Shown: in pieces, positions 8,039 to 17,474 of the stretch | How the letters are laid out: every line of letters starts with the position of its first letter | Position numbering within the stretch: position 1 is the first letter of the stretch | Assembly: GCA_919902485.1 (NCBI GenBank) | Contig: CAKKRB010000240.1 | Span: forward strand, 1 to 32,057 | DNA: 32,057 bases | DNA from: Omnitrophica bacterium GWA2_41_15 | GTDB lineage: Bacteria > Omnitrophota > Gorgyraeia > Gorgyraeales > Gorgyraeaceae | Direction: 5' to 3' | Position numbers and translations under genes: made by a program | The notes under the pieces: generated by a model | Database searches by the model: none | Told to the model about the DNA's origin: nothing | The model's input: only the letters and a program-made list of their open reading frames with translations

Positions 8039-8812
8039 ATGAGAGAAAAGACTGACGCAGAGGTTTATTTTACACCAAAGCAGGCTGCAGAATGTTTTAA
8101 CCTCAGCCTTTCTACAATCAAAAATTATATATATGCAGGTAAATTAAAGACGCTGATCACGCCTGGTGGGCATCATAGGATATCCAAGGCTGAGCTCTTA
8201 TCTGTGCTGGAGGCTAAGGTTACTGTGGCTTCTGTTTCAGAAACCAGCGATATACAGCTTGCGCAGGTTTTGTGCAGCGCTTTATTTAATGTATTTAAAA
8301 CCCTGGGCAAGCCAGGGGATTCATTTATTATTCACGGGAGAAAGGTTTCAAAGATTGCCTCTGATCTTTCAAAAGCGCTTGCCCTGAGCGCTAAAGAGTC
8401 AAAATACATAGAGATGGCAGCCTTGGTGCATGACATAGGAAATATCGGCATAGACAGGCGGGTTATATTAAAGGCAGGTTTATTGACCTCTCAGGAGTAT
8501 GAGTTTATAAAAAAACATCCTGGGATCGGGAAAGAACTGTTGAATTCCATGAATCAGATGCAGGAGATAGCTGATATAGTCAGCCAGCATCATGAGAGAA
8601 TGGACGGCAAAGGTTATCCTGAAGGTTTGTCAGGCAGTATTATTACAAAAGGGGCCCGTATTATTTCAATAGCAGAAGCCTATGATTCAATGGTTTCAGA
8701 ATATTCTTATAAGTCCCCTGTTTCAAAAGATATGGCTATAGCTGAGCTTATCCAGCATAAAGGCACGCAGTTTGATGCAGACATGGTGGAGGTATTTGTA
8801 AAAATAATATGA
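8039..8812 (+). CDS. Excisionase/MerR-type HTH domain fused to an HD-GYP domain (putative c-di-GMP phosphodiesterase/regulator)
   Basis: N-terminus FTPKQAAECFNLSLSTIKNYIYAGKL...GGHHRISKAEL (HTH_17-like). HDIGNIG and HHERMDGKGYP motifs. Confidence 0.8.
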   Translation: MREKTDAEVYFTPKQAAECFNLSLSTIKNYIYAGKLKTLITPGGHHRISKAELLSVLEAKVTVASVSETSDIQLAQVLCSALFNVFKTLGKPGDSFIIHGRKVSKIASDLSKALALSAKESKYIEMAALVHDIGNIGIDRRVILKAGLLTSQEYEFIKKHPGIGKELLNSMNQMQEIADIVSQHHERMDGKGYPEGLSGSIITKGARIISIAEAYDSMVSEYSYKSPVSKDMAIAELIQHKGTQFDADMVEVFVKII

Positions 8813-11370
8813 TACATTTTTTATTGAGCATAATAGTTATATTTGGTCCGATAGCCAGAGGCTCAGTAAGGCCATGGGCATTTTTGATCTTATATGCGCT
8901 TACAGCTATTGCATTGCTTATAGGCATAAACAAGCTTTTTTATGCAAAGGAAATAATCATAAGAAGAACCCCGCTCGATATGCCAATACTGGTTCTCCTT
9001 GGTGTTTATGTTATAGGAATTTTTCATTCACATTACATATATGGCTCTATTATGGAATGCACCAGGCTTTTCATACTGGCTGCAATATTTTATCTGGTTA
9101 TAAATTTTGTAAGAGAGGAACAGGATATTAAAAAGATATTGAATATAATTCTTATGTCTGGAGCAGCCATAGCTGTATTTGGCATACTTCAGTATATGGG
9201 AGCATTAAATAAAGAATGGTGGGATAACCCGGGATTTCTTTCAGCTACATATGTCAATCATAATCATTTCGCAGGGCTTATGGAATTGCTTGCGCCGCTT
9301 TCAATAGGCATGATTTTAATAGAAAAGCAGATGGCCAAAAAGGTATTTTATGTCTACATATTTCTTATACTGGCTGCGGCATTTATACTATCCATGTCCA
9401 GAGGAGGATGGATTTCCCTGTCAATCTCAATGCTTTTCATGGCCTGTGTAATATCTAGAAAAGGCAGGGCAAGATTTGTAATGTTAATAATCGGGTTATT
9501 TCTGGTCACCTTTTTTATTTTTGTTTTGAATACTGTGGATACAGGCTTATTGTTTAAAAGGGTTTCCAGTTACAGGGAACTTGATTTTTCAGGCAGGGTG
9601 GAGATATGGAAAGGCACTCTTGGGATTATAAAAGACAATCTTTTTTCAGGCACAGGCCCAGGGACTTTTATATATAATTTCCAGAAATACAGGCCTCAGG
9701 GCCTTAATATGCTGGTGAATTATGCGCACAATGACTATTTGCAGGTTGCTTCGGAAACAGGGATTTTCGGCCTCCTCGCAATGATATTCATTATATTTAA
9801 GATAATAGCAAAGGGCCTGAATACTCACAGGATAGCGACCAGCTCTTTCAAGGTATGGATGCCCCTTGCTCTGGTAACAGGGGTTTTGGGCATGGCTATT
9901 CATGGCGTGGGCGATTTTAATTTTTATATACCAGCCAATGTGATTTTGTTTACTGTATTTTCAGCTATCATATTCAACATAAATTCCATGAAAGAAAAAG
10001 GCACAAAGGTTATTATAGCAAGGACTGCGCTTTCAGCGTACAGGATTTTGAAAACAATTTTAATATCAGGTATTTTAGTGTTTATTATATTTACAGGCGC
10101 GTGCCTGACAGCTGAAATTTACTATAATGCCTCAGAAAAGGCTGTCATGAGGGATGATTTGAACAGTGCAGAGCTATGTTTGAAAAAATCAATAATATTC
10201 TATCCTTTGAATTACCAGTTTTATTATAAACTGGCAGCCCTGTACGGCGAAGAATCCAGTGCGGCATCTGATACAGCGCTATGCTTAAAGAAGGCGGAGA
10301 TGGAATATAAAAAGGCGCTTAGGTTTAACGATACTGACAGCTGGGTATGGCTTGGGCTTGCAAACGTGTATTACAGGTTATATCAGATATCCCCTCTTGA
10401 GTATAAATTCAGGGATATGGCAGGGACAAGCTACAGGATGGCTTTGAAACTGGATCCGGCAAATTCACATTATATGAAAATGTTCGGCAGGTTTTTGCTT
10501 AATTCAGGAGAACCTGATTTATCAGGCAATGTATATCAAAAGGCCAGCGATTTGATGTCCAAATCTAAAACACTGGCAGCTTTTTCCAAGCGCTTAACCG
10601 ACGCGGATAAGTATTTGAAAGCAGCTGATATGGCGTACAGCAGCCAGAACATAAAAAAGGCAATGATGTTTTACAAAATGGCTGAGCAATTTGGTAAAAA
10701 GGAAGCTACGCTGGGAGAGATCAGGTGTTATATGAAAATCTCTAATATGATGAAGGCTATGGAGAAATACAGAGGCCTTGAAAATTCCAATAAGAATAAG
10801 GCAGTATTGTTTACAGCTATAGCAGATTACTGTTTAAGCATGGGTTTGCATGAATCCGCTGAGAGATTTTCAGAATATGCGATAAATGCCGATCCTTTTA
10901 ACCCAGAAGGGTATCAATTGAAGTACAGGTTAATCAGGATAATTTCCGGCGGGTATACTTACCCGGAAAAAGAGATTAATAAAATACTGAGTTTTAATAA
11001 AGTTCCAATCAGGCAAATTGACACAGGGCCTGGAGGATTTGATGTAAGATTTAGCGTAAAAGAGAATCTTTATAAAGATGGGACCTTTACAAAAGAAATG
11101 ATTTTGCCAGCAGGTATTTATGAAGTTCGGATTAACGCAAAAGGCCAAAAAGCAGGCGGCATGTGGCCGCACATGATCATAAGGTTTAACGGGGTTGATA
11201 TTATGGACGCATATATAGATAAGGGCAGCTATGATATTTATTCAGGCATAGCTATCGTGGATTACCCTGTTAATGAATTGGATATATTATATGACAATGA
11301 TTATTATGACCCTGAGACAAAAGAAGACAGAAATCTATACATAGATGGGATTGGACTGAAGTCTTTATAA
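8809..11370 (+). CDS. Wzy/O-antigen-ligase-like polytopic membrane protein with TPR-like repeats and a C-terminal carbohydrate-binding-like beta-sandwich domain
   Basis: SMSRGGWISL and NYAHNDYLQVASETGIFGL (Wzy_C-type motifs) and many TM segments. TPR-like helical repeats around aa 450-700. The C-terminus ...ILYDNDYYDPETKEDRNLYIDGIGL resembles Ca-dependent CBM-like modules, from memory. Confidence 0.7.
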   Translation: MIHFLLSIIVIFGPIARGSVRPWAFLILYALTAIALLIGINKLFYAKEIIIRRTPLDMPILVLLGVYVIGIFHSHYIYGSIMECTRLFILAAIFYLVINFVREEQDIKKILNIILMSGAAIAVFGILQYMGALNKEWWDNPGFLSATYVNHNHFAGLMELLAPLSIGMILIEKQMAKKVFYVYIFLILAAAFILSMSRGGWISLSISMLFMACVISRKGRARFVMLIIGLFLVTFFIFVLNTVDTGLLFKRVSSYRELDFSGRVEIWKGTLGIIKDNLFSGTGPGTFIYNFQKYRPQGLNMLVNYAHNDYLQVASETGIFGLLAMIFIIFKIIAKGLNTHRIATSSFKVWMPLALVTGVLGMAIHGVGDFNFYIPANVILFTVFSAIIFNINSMKEKGTKVIIARTALSAYRILKTILISGILVFIIFTGACLTAEIYYNASEKAVMRDDLNSAELCLKKSIIFYPLNYQFYYKLAALYGEESSAASDTALCLKKAEMEYKKALRFNDTDSWVWLGLANVYYRLYQISPLEYKFRDMAGTSYRMALKLDPANSHYMKMFGRFLLNSGEPDLSGNVYQKASDLMSKSKTLAAFSKRLTDADKYLKAADMAYSSQNIKKAMMFYKMAEQFGKKEATLGEIRCYMKISNMMKAMEKYRGLENSNKNKAVLFTAIADYCLSMGLHESAERFSEYAINADPFNPEGYQLKYRLIRIISGGYTYPEKEINKILSFNKVPIRQIDTGPGGFDVRFSVKENLYKDGTFTKEMILPAGIYEVRINAKGQKAGGMWPHMIIRFNGVDIMDAYIDKGSYDIYSGIAIVDYPVNELDILYDNDYYDPETKEDRNLYIDGIGLKSL

Positions 11371-11383
11371 AAGCGGAGCTTAT

Positions 11384-12766
11384 GTGAATTTTGAAAAGCT
11401 ATTTAATCCAGAGGTTTTGTTATTAGCTGGGTTTTTATTTATAAGCGGCGTGTTTTTATTCTTTCTAATAAACAAAAATCTCATAGCAGGAATATACGTA
11501 TGGCTTTTATCAGTATTATTTTTTAAATACAAGCAGCCTTTCAGAATAGAAGGCTTGCCATTGCCTGATTTTTCAATAGACAGGATATTGTTTATATTGC
11601 TCGCAGTTATATTCATAATAGGGATTTTTACCAAGAGATACAGGCTTTTTTCTTTCACATGGGTTGAGTATTCTATGTTTTTATTCTGCATGTTTGCGGT
11701 TATATCTATGATATGGACAGGCTTTATTTTTAAAGAAGATGGGAGGATCAGGATAAAGGAGCTTCTGACAGGTTACATACTGCCGTTTTTTATATTTTTT
11801 ATAAGCCAGAATTCCTACGAAACCCATGAAAAAAGAGAAGGATTTATCAAATTGATAATATTGGCAGGCCTGTATTTGAGTTTCACAGCTATATTTGAAC
11901 ATTTTAGCATAAATCAACTGGTCTTTCCTAAATTTATACTTGATCCTGATTTTGGGATACACATAGGGAGGGCAAGAGGGCCTTTTGGCCAGGCTGCCGT
12001 CAATGGCACTGTCCTGGGTTTTGTATTAGCGGCATCAGCATATTTTTTATTCAATTTTAAGAAGACCGGGTTATGGGGGTTATGTTCTTTGATATTGTTA
12101 ATAGTAACTCCTGTTGCGATATTTTTTACATATACACGCGCAGCCTGGATAGCTAGCCTGCTAAGTTTTACGATAATTATAGCTTTTAATTTAAGACAAA
12201 AACAAAAGATAGCTACATTAGCGCTCATTATACTATGTACAACCGCGGTTCTTGGAACTTCATTTTTTTTAGAAGAAAAAACAACCGGATTCGCGCTAAA
12301 CAGGGCCAGGGATGAAAGTCCCATCTATGACAGATTGAATCTGTACATAGCCTCGGTAAATATGTTCATAAGAAACCCTGTATTCGGTGTAGGGTTTGGA
12401 AAATTTTCAGACAATTCGCCTGATTATTTTGAAAATGTAAGCGGGATACCGTATCAGGACAGCGAGCTTAAAGAACATGATACATTTATGGTTGTAATGG
12501 CAGAAATGGGCCTGGTTGGAATTTTGTTGATACTGTGCGTATATATTTTGATTTTATGGAGAAGCATAAGGCTTTATCAAAGGCTTGGGCCGAATAATTT
12601 AAGAGAGCGCAGTTTTGTGATTTTATTCTGGGGTTTTTTGGCGGTGTATATAGTTAATTCTTTATTTATAGAGATGAGGTATTTTGAATTCGTGAACAGC
12701 ATATTTTTTATATCCGCTGGTTTTATATGCAGGATGGGAAGGGAATATAATGCCGAGATCTGTTGA
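11384..12766 (+). CDS. Second Wzy/O-antigen-ligase-family membrane protein (GTG start)
   Basis: About 10-12 hydrophobic segments, YTRAAWIASLLS and EHDTFMVVMAEMGLVGI motifs. GGAG lies 6 nt upstream of the GTG. Confidence 0.7.
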   Translation: MNFEKLFNPEVLLLAGFLFISGVFLFFLINKNLIAGIYVWLLSVLFFKYKQPFRIEGLPLPDFSIDRILFILLAVIFIIGIFTKRYRLFSFTWVEYSMFLFCMFAVISMIWTGFIFKEDGRIRIKELLTGYILPFFIFFISQNSYETHEKREGFIKLIILAGLYLSFTAIFEHFSINQLVFPKFILDPDFGIHIGRARGPFGQAAVNGTVLGFVLAASAYFLFNFKKTGLWGLCSLILLIVTPVAIFFTYTRAAWIASLLSFTIIIAFNLRQKQKIATLALIILCTTAVLGTSFFLEEKTTGFALNRARDESPIYDRLNLYIASVNMFIRNPVFGVGFGKFSDNSPDYFENVSGIPYQDSELKEHDTFMVVMAEMGLVGILLILCVYILILWRSIRLYQRLGPNNLRERSFVILFWGFLAVYIVNSLFIEMRYFEFVNSIFFISAGFICRMGREYNAEIC

Positions 12767-14234
12767 TAAAAAAGACATACTCAAAGACGCATCTTTCTTT
12801 TCGGGGAGTGTTTATATTTCCCAGGCAATGTTTTTTATAAGAGGGTTCCTGAATGCCAGAATATTGGGACCAGGGCTTTATGGTTTATGGTCAGCCCTTA
12901 ATATTATATTAAGCTACAGCCTATATGTTCATATGGGAAGCCTTAACGCAATGAATAGAGAGATCCCGTATCAGAAGGGCAGAGATGCGCTTGAAGATAT
13001 GGATAAAACCAGGAATGCCGCATTTACCGTTAATCTTGTAATGAGCGGTATGTTTTCTGCGATACTGGTAGTTGTCGCGCTTTTTTTATCCGGGAAAATA
13101 TCAAAGGCAGAGTCGATCGGCCTTATTACTGTTGCTTTGCTTGCTTTTATTTCAGCTATATATGAATTCTGCCAGACATCTCTGATTTCATTTAAGAGAT
13201 TTATGGTTGTATCAAGGGGGAATGTAATATTTGCTATATTAAGCGTTATTCTGACGCTATGGCTTCTCCCGTTATTGAGTATATACGGGGTATATATAGT
13301 AGCGGTGTCTATACCTTTATTTAATCTAGCATATCTCTGGTTCAAGGAAAGATATAATCCCCGGCTGGATTTCGATTTCAAGGAAATGCATAGATTGATA
13401 AAAATCGGGTTTCCAATGATGTCCATAGATTTTCTAGAGACCACCATTACAAATATAATAGGAATAATTGTACTTGGCATGCTGGGGAATGTGAATTTTG
13501 CGTATTATTCCGTATCGATGCTTGCAGCCAGATTTATGATGTATTTTCCCAAGAGCGTTAACAGGGCATTTGAGCCTCACATGTATCAGAGATACGGGGA
13601 AACAGGCCGGATAATTGATTTGAAAAAATATTTAATTAAACCCATACAGGTTATGACCTTGATTTTTCCTGTATTGATAGCAGGGTGTTATATTCTGGTG
13701 GAATTTTTTATAAGGCATTTTCTTCCTAAATACAGTCTGGCAATGTACCCTCTTTTTATAATACTGGTTTCCAGATTTTTTGTTTCGTTTTCCCCTACAT
13801 CAATCGCATTTATAACAGCTCTGAATAAACAGAAATTTCTTATTCCAGTTTATGTATTCGGGATAGCTATTGGAGCTGGATGCAGCTTTGTTTTTATTAA
13901 AATTGGTTTTGGCACAGTAGGCGCAGCTATGGGGCTTTTATTATCTTGTTTTTTTATAGGTTCTGTTATGTTTCTTTATGCAATAAATGAATATACCAGG
14001 GATTTCATAAAAACAATAGGGTATCTGGCCGTATCCTGCATCCCCTTATTATACATAATGTCAGTCGTTGTGTTTAATGAAGTAATTATAAAAAACAGCC
14101 AGGATTTACCATCAGATATTTTCATAGTAATATTAAAATTAGGGTCTTTATTAATCTTAAGCTTTCCGCTGATATACATAGCAAATAAAAAAACAGGTAT
14201 ACTGACGGACATATTTAAGAGGTTAAGCGCATGA
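12750..14234 (+). CDS. Wzx-type polysaccharide flippase (MOP superfamily)
   Basis: 494 aa, about 12-14 TM segments. N-terminal pattern ...FFIRGFLNARILGPGLYGLW typical of polysaccharide biosynthesis (Wzx) proteins. Confidence 0.7.
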   Translation: MPRSVDKKDILKDASFFSGSVYISQAMFFIRGFLNARILGPGLYGLWSALNIILSYSLYVHMGSLNAMNREIPYQKGRDALEDMDKTRNAAFTVNLVMSGMFSAILVVVALFLSGKISKAESIGLITVALLAFISAIYEFCQTSLISFKRFMVVSRGNVIFAILSVILTLWLLPLLSIYGVYIVAVSIPLFNLAYLWFKERYNPRLDFDFKEMHRLIKIGFPMMSIDFLETTITNIIGIIVLGMLGNVNFAYYSVSMLAARFMMYFPKSVNRAFEPHMYQRYGETGRIIDLKKYLIKPIQVMTLIFPVLIAGCYILVEFFIRHFLPKYSLAMYPLFIILVSRFFVSFSPTSIAFITALNKQKFLIPVYVFGIAIGAGCSFVFIKIGFGTVGAAMGLLLSCFFIGSVMFLYAINEYTRDFIKTIGYLAVSCIPLLYIMSVVVFNEVIIKNSQDLPSDIFIVILKLGSLLILSFPLIYIANKKTGILTDIFKRLSA

Positions 14235-15379
14235 GAATAGCAATATTAGGGCCATATCCTATAGATGGAGAGATTAATAATATATACGGCGGAGTTCAGG
14301 CTGTGGTGGTAAATATGATCAAGGGCTTGTCCAGGTTTCAGGGATTGGAGATCCATGTCATAGCAGCCAGCGGGAGCATAAAAAAGAATAAAGACTTTAT
14401 TTTAAAAGGGATACACATACACGGCATACCCATTGATAGAAAATTCGGGAATATAACATTTTACGCAAGGACCAGGAAGATGATATGCAAAAAAATTACG
14501 GGAGTCAATCCTGACTTAATCCATTCCCATATGTTCGGGTATTATACGCTGGCAGGCCTGGATTCAGGCCATAAGAATATTGTTGTGAGCACGCATGGTC
14601 TTTCAAATGCCGCATGGAATAAAAAGGCAGGGTTTTTAGAAAAGATAAGATACGATTTGCAGGACCGGATTTATATGAAGTGTTTCAGGGGTTCGGATAA
14701 AATAATAGTAAACAGCCCTTATACAGTAGAGTCTCTGTCAGGGGTTAAAAAATTTAAAATATATGAACTTAATAACCCTGTTTCGGATATATTTTTCACT
14801 TCTAACAATGCGCCTGAAGAGGAAAAAAGAATTTTATTTGTAGGTAATATATGCCAGGCAAAGGGAATAATGGTTATCCTGGAATCTTTGAATGTGCTTA
14901 GAAATACGGTCGAAGGCATAAGCGTAAAACTTGCCGGGCCGATCGTGGACAAAAATTTTTACATAAAAACAGTTAATTATATAAAGGAAAACGGCCTGGG
15001 TGAATATGTCACTTTTCTGGGCAGTTTGAATGACTATGAATTAAAAAAGGAGTATGAAAAAGCATCTATATTTGCATTTCCTTCGTATCAGGATGTAGCC
15101 CCAGTTGCGCTTTTGCAGGCAATGGCGGCAGGAAAGGCAATAGTGGCTTCCAGTATAGGGGGCATACCGTATATAATAGACGATTCTGTAAATGGATTTT
15201 TAATAAAACCAGGCGATGCTGATTCTCTGGCAGAAAAGATAATCCTATTTATTAAAGATGCCGGGCTTCGCAGGGAATTAGGGGCTAATGCCCATAAAAA
15301 GGTTTCTGAAAACAACAGGATAGATATTGTGACTGATAATCTCTATAGAATATATCAAGAGGTAGCAGGCATATGCTGA
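14231..15379 (+). CDS. GT4-family glycosyltransferase
   Basis: GT-B architecture. C-terminal ...ALLQAMAAGKAIVASSIGGIPYIIDDSVNGFL motif region. ATGA overlap with the upstream gene. Confidence 0.8.
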   Translation: MRIAILGPYPIDGEINNIYGGVQAVVVNMIKGLSRFQGLEIHVIAASGSIKKNKDFILKGIHIHGIPIDRKFGNITFYARTRKMICKKITGVNPDLIHSHMFGYYTLAGLDSGHKNIVVSTHGLSNAAWNKKAGFLEKIRYDLQDRIYMKCFRGSDKIIVNSPYTVESLSGVKKFKIYELNNPVSDIFFTSNNAPEEEKRILFVGNICQAKGIMVILESLNVLRNTVEGISVKLAGPIVDKNFYIKTVNYIKENGLGEYVTFLGSLNDYELKKEYEKASIFAFPSYQDVAPVALLQAMAAGKAIVASSIGGIPYIIDDSVNGFLIKPGDADSLAEKIILFIKDAGLRRELGANAHKKVSENNRIDIVTDNLYRIYQEVAGIC

Positions 15380-16509
15380 AGTTAAAAAAAGTTTCTAATT
15401 ATGAAGAATTCAAGGCTTATAAATATGCATGGCAGAAGCTTTTGTCTGAAAGCAATGAAAGCAATGTATTTTTGACATACGACTGGATTGACATCTGCAT
15501 AAAAAATTTCTGCAAGTTTGAGGATTTATTAATATTGAATATCTTCGAAGATGAAAATCTAACAGGCATAGCCCCGCTGGTGATAAAAAAATATAAATAT
15601 TTCGGGCTTCCAGTGAGATCTGTGCGCTTTATAGGGACATCTATCTCGGATAGGATGGATTTTATTATATGCGGCAATAAAGATGAATGCTTGAGCATGA
15701 TATTAGATTATCTAGTGAGCGTAAAAGAAAAATGGGATTTTATAGACCTTCAGGAGATAGCAGGATATACAGGCACCATGGACGCAATGGGCAGATGCGT
15801 TAAGAAAACAGGCCTTTTGAATATTACAGGCCCTTCAAAAAAATCTTTTTTTATAGAATTCAACAAAAACAAGGATGAGATTTATAATAAATTTTCTAAA
15901 AAATATTGCGCAAAATTAAGAAAAATAGATGCAGGAAAACCTGGTTTGAATTTTGAAATGGAAAGGCATATGGGTTCCTGCGCGGATAAAGAGAAAATAT
16001 TCACAGTTATTTCTGAGATTGAGAAAAATAGCTGGAAAGGCAATAAAGCAGGAAGCCTGTTTTCAGAACAGAATCATATAAATTTTCACAAGGATATATT
16101 TGAAAGATTTTCAAATAATAACTGGCTGGACGTTTCCATGCTGATCCTGAACAAGGAACCCGTCGCTTATATGTATAACTATTTTTACGAGGGCAGGTCC
16201 TATAACTACAGTATTGCTTATGACGAAAGATTTGCAGATATATCTCCCGGCACAGTCTTAATGTTCTGGGTATTAAAGGATTCTGTCTTCAGAGATATAA
16301 TCGAGTTTGATTTCGCGAGAGGCGAGGGGTCGTGGAAAAGCAGATTCACGGAAATGTCCAGGGAGCATAACCGCGTAAGGATTTTTAAGCCAGGGGCGTA
16401 TTCGGGGATTTTATATATTTTGCAGTCAAAGGTTATGCCTTATATGAAAAATCAGGATATATTTTATAATGCCTGGATGAGAACAAAGGGAGCGTTCAAG
16501 TGGGATTAA
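15373..16509 (+). CDS. GNAT-fold acyltransferase of the CelD/BioF2/FemAB-like type
   Basis: About 378 aa. Pattern ...SWKGNKAGSLF...YNYSIAYDERFADISPGTVL... typical of Acetyltransf_6 (CelD-like) proteins. Confidence 0.6.
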   Translation: MLKLKKVSNYEEFKAYKYAWQKLLSESNESNVFLTYDWIDICIKNFCKFEDLLILNIFEDENLTGIAPLVIKKYKYFGLPVRSVRFIGTSISDRMDFIICGNKDECLSMILDYLVSVKEKWDFIDLQEIAGYTGTMDAMGRCVKKTGLLNITGPSKKSFFIEFNKNKDEIYNKFSKKYCAKLRKIDAGKPGLNFEMERHMGSCADKEKIFTVISEIEKNSWKGNKAGSLFSEQNHINFHKDIFERFSNNNWLDVSMLILNKEPVAYMYNYFYEGRSYNYSIAYDERFADISPGTVLMFWVLKDSVFRDIIEFDFARGEGSWKSRFTEMSREHNRVRIFKPGAYSGILYILQSKVMPYMKNQDIFYNAWMRTKGAFKWD

Positions 16510-17474
16510 AGAAAACAGACTTTAAAGATCTGGCGAAGGATGTGTTTTATTATTCAGGGATAGCAGGTTTATTTCTGCAGGTTGCAAAATTTTACAGGCA
16601 TCCGGCACTGTTAATACTTACCTATCACAGGGTATACGATTCTTTGGCTGATTATGAGTATCTGGGGGTTTCCAGAGATGTCTTTGAGAGCCATATAAAA
16701 TTTATAAAGGATAATTTTAAAGTTGTATCCATGCAGGAGGGAATAGGCGCTCTTTGCGAAATAAAATCAAAAGAGATCTATGCGGCAATTAACTTAGATG
16801 ACGGATATATGGATAATTATATCAATGCATTTCCTGTGTTAAAAAAATACAACATACCTGCCACAATTTTTCTTACAACTGATTTTATAGGTAAAAGCCA
16901 TATTTTCTGGTGGGACAGGGTTTTTAATATAATGTCTTTTGTCGGATCTAGCCGGCTGGAGAGCGGCATAGAAACTGACCGCATAGACAAGATTCTTGTA
17001 AATAAAAACGAAGATGAGATAGAAGGTTTTATCAGAGATATGGAGAAAAGATACGGATATAAAGAAAATCATGTACCATGTCCTATGCTTGGGTGGGCTG
17101 AGATAAAAGAGATGAGCAATTCTGGCATAAGTTTTGAGGCCCATACAAAAACCCATAAGAATCTATGCCTGCTGAAAGATAGGAAAGTCCTGGAAGAGCT
17201 TACAGGTTCAAAAAATGCGATAGAAGCTGGCTTGGGAAAAGAGGTGTTCGGTTTCAGTTATCCGTTTGGCATATTCGACCAGAGGATAAAGGGCCTGGTA
17301 AAGCAAGCTGGTTTTAAATATGCAAGGACTAGTTTCAAGGCATTTAATTATAAAGAAATAGACCCATTTTTATTATCCTGTATAGGAGCAGGGGCTGTAT
17401 CAAAGCCTAGTTTTCTTGCAGCAAGGCTTTCTTCAAGCTTGTTTAATACTGGCGGGAGGCAGCATGGATATTAA
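16500..17474 (+). CDS. Polysaccharide deacetylase (NodB/CE4-like)
   Basis: LTYHRV, NLDDGYMDNY and ATIFLTTDFIG motifs. Confidence 0.75.
   Translation: MGLKKTDFKDLAKDVFYYSGIAGLFLQVAKFYRHPALLILTYHRVYDSLADYEYLGVSRDVFESHIKFIKDNFKVVSMQEGIGALCEIKSKEIYAAINLDDGYMDNYINAFPVLKKYNIPATIFLTTDFIGKSHIFWWDRVFNIMSFVGSSRLESGIETDRIDKILVNKNEDEIEGFIRDMEKRYGYKENHVPCPMLGWAEIKEMSNSGISFEAHTKTHKNLCLLKDRKVLEELTGSKNAIEAGLGKEVFGFSYPFGIFDQRIKGLVKQAGFKYARTSFKAFNYKEIDPFLLSCIGAGAVSKPSFLAARLSSSLFNTGGRQHGY

Noticed and set aside
11155-11175. Near-palindrome catgtggccgcacatg in the Wzy-TPR gene
   Set aside because: It is not a true palindrome (ggccgc versus gcggcc). It is short, not compositionally distinct enough, and encodes an unremarkable part of the C-terminal domain.
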